A DNA stretch of 64,000 nt from Stylophora pistillata (Eukaryota), in NCBI RefSeq assembly GCF_002571385.2, contig NW_019218260.1:39463-103462 (forward strand). Direction: 5' to 3'. Positions within the stretch are counted from its first letter, which is position 1. Each line of letters begins with the position of its first letter. The notes below the pieces were generated by a model. That model saw nothing but the letters and a program-made list of their open reading frames with translations, was not told the origin of the DNA and made no database searches. Positions 63,375 through 64,000 of this stretch are shown here, in pieces. The position numbers were made by a program, and so were the translations under genes.

Positions 63375-63477
63375 CTCGTTGCCATGAGACTGAGCACATC
63401 CATGGGGCACTCCCCAGGGGTTGGCTACCCCAGCTCGCGTTGTATCCCTGACGAATGCCTCAGACTCGGACAACAAG
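63375..63477 (-). ncRNA. Conserved structured RNA of unknown class, YR-6
   Basis: On the minus strand CUUGUUGUC/GGCAACGAG and GCAUUCGU/AUGGAUGU pair fully using G-U wobbles; on the plus strand these would be A-C mismatches. Confidence 0.78.
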
Positions 63478-63582
63478 ATGAAACAGTGACCACAAGGACT
63501 TTTTTTTTTGGTTTTTTTTGTTTTTTTTCGTTTTTTTGTTTTTTTGTTTTTGTTTTTTGAAGATCACAACGGGGCCGGCATT

Positions 63583-64000
63583 TCAGCGACGCTTCCGGTA
63601 GATGTTTTTCACCTTGTTTCTGATCCGTTCGAAGGAATTCTCCTCCAAGATCCTGCGAAGAGTATCTGAGGAGCTCAGGATAGCACGAAGCTCGAGGTTA
63701 GTAGGTGGCTTGTCATAATCTGACAGCGCTGCCTCAAGAGCTTTGGAGTCCTCCAACGACCACTCCACTCGGCCGGAATCACCGGAAGGTACTGCACTCG
63801 ACGTTGAAGGTGGGTGGGACTGCATATAGTTTGCAGTTCGGATCGAGGCGGGCTCTTCTTCGAGGGTGGCGAGTTCTAGTGTGGGCCGCGCCTTGATTAT
63901 GTATCGGACACTGTCCAGCACCTTCTTAACCTTGTCATCCGACCCAGCAACATCCATCAGGACGTTGTCGGCCTTCATAGCGGCGATGACTCTCTCTTTC
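63583..64000 (-). CDS. YR-6 recombinase C-terminal Myb/SANT-like region (partial)
   Basis: Highly similar to the C-terminus of YR-5 (EWSLEDSKALEAALS...RNKVKNIYRKRR). Confidence 0.85.
   Translation of the reverse strand, partial: KERVIAAMKADNVLMDVAGSDDKVKKVLDSVRYIIKARPTLELATLEEEPASIRTANYMQSHPPSTSSAVPSGDSGRVEWSLEDSKALEAALSDYDKPPTNLELRAILSSSDTLRRILEENSFERIRNKVKNIYRKRR

Larger units (their letters stand above)
57399..64000 (-). mobile_element. YR-6: tyrosine-recombinase element closely related to YR-5, runs off the window
   Basis: Left-end repeats, palindrome, satellite, twister, stem-loop repeats, hairpin, A-tract and YR C-terminus. Confidence 0.82.

Noticed and set aside
63448-63490. Plus-strand hammerhead (CTGACGA...GAAA) overlapping the large hairpin
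   Set aside because: GAAA is present only in YR-6, no stem II forms, and wobble pairs favour the minus strand.

Overview
Eukaryotic, repeat-dense draft-assembly DNA with several N gaps and gap-flanking duplications. The repeat families and TTAGGG tracts suggest an invertebrate, probably a cnidarian/stony coral (inference). No intact host gene is evident. Bases 1-20 kb hold ordinary TE debris: tRNA-derived repeats, a Gypsy-type gag scrap, two CR1-like RT copies, a P/THAP9-like element and a decayed L2 LINE. From 20.1 kb to the end lies a head-to-tail array of six related elements (here YR-1 to YR-6; the one complete unit is about 8 kb), all with the gene on the minus strand. Each encodes one long, decayed protein: N-terminal domain, acidic tract, two C2H2-like fingers, integrase core-binding domain, tyrosine recombinase catalytic domain and Myb/SANT-like tail. 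Three element junctions fall in short TTAGGG tracts next to subfamily-specific GTTCA-type motifs. After the stop codon is a conserved RNA cassette: genomically encoded A-rich tract, a ~100-nt covarying hairpin of unknown class (5 copies), smaller stem-loops, and a twister self-cleaving ribozyme (4 copies). Subfamilies carry different spliceosomal intron sets or none, which points to DNA-level mobility. An ISL2EU-like transposon, a Maverick/Polinton-type PolB fragment, MITEs and Penelope-like palindromes are nested in the array. The candidate undescribed system is a GGTTAG/telomere-repeat-targeting tyrosine-recombinase transposon with a ribozyme-containing 3' cassette. I could not run searches, so novelty is unverified.
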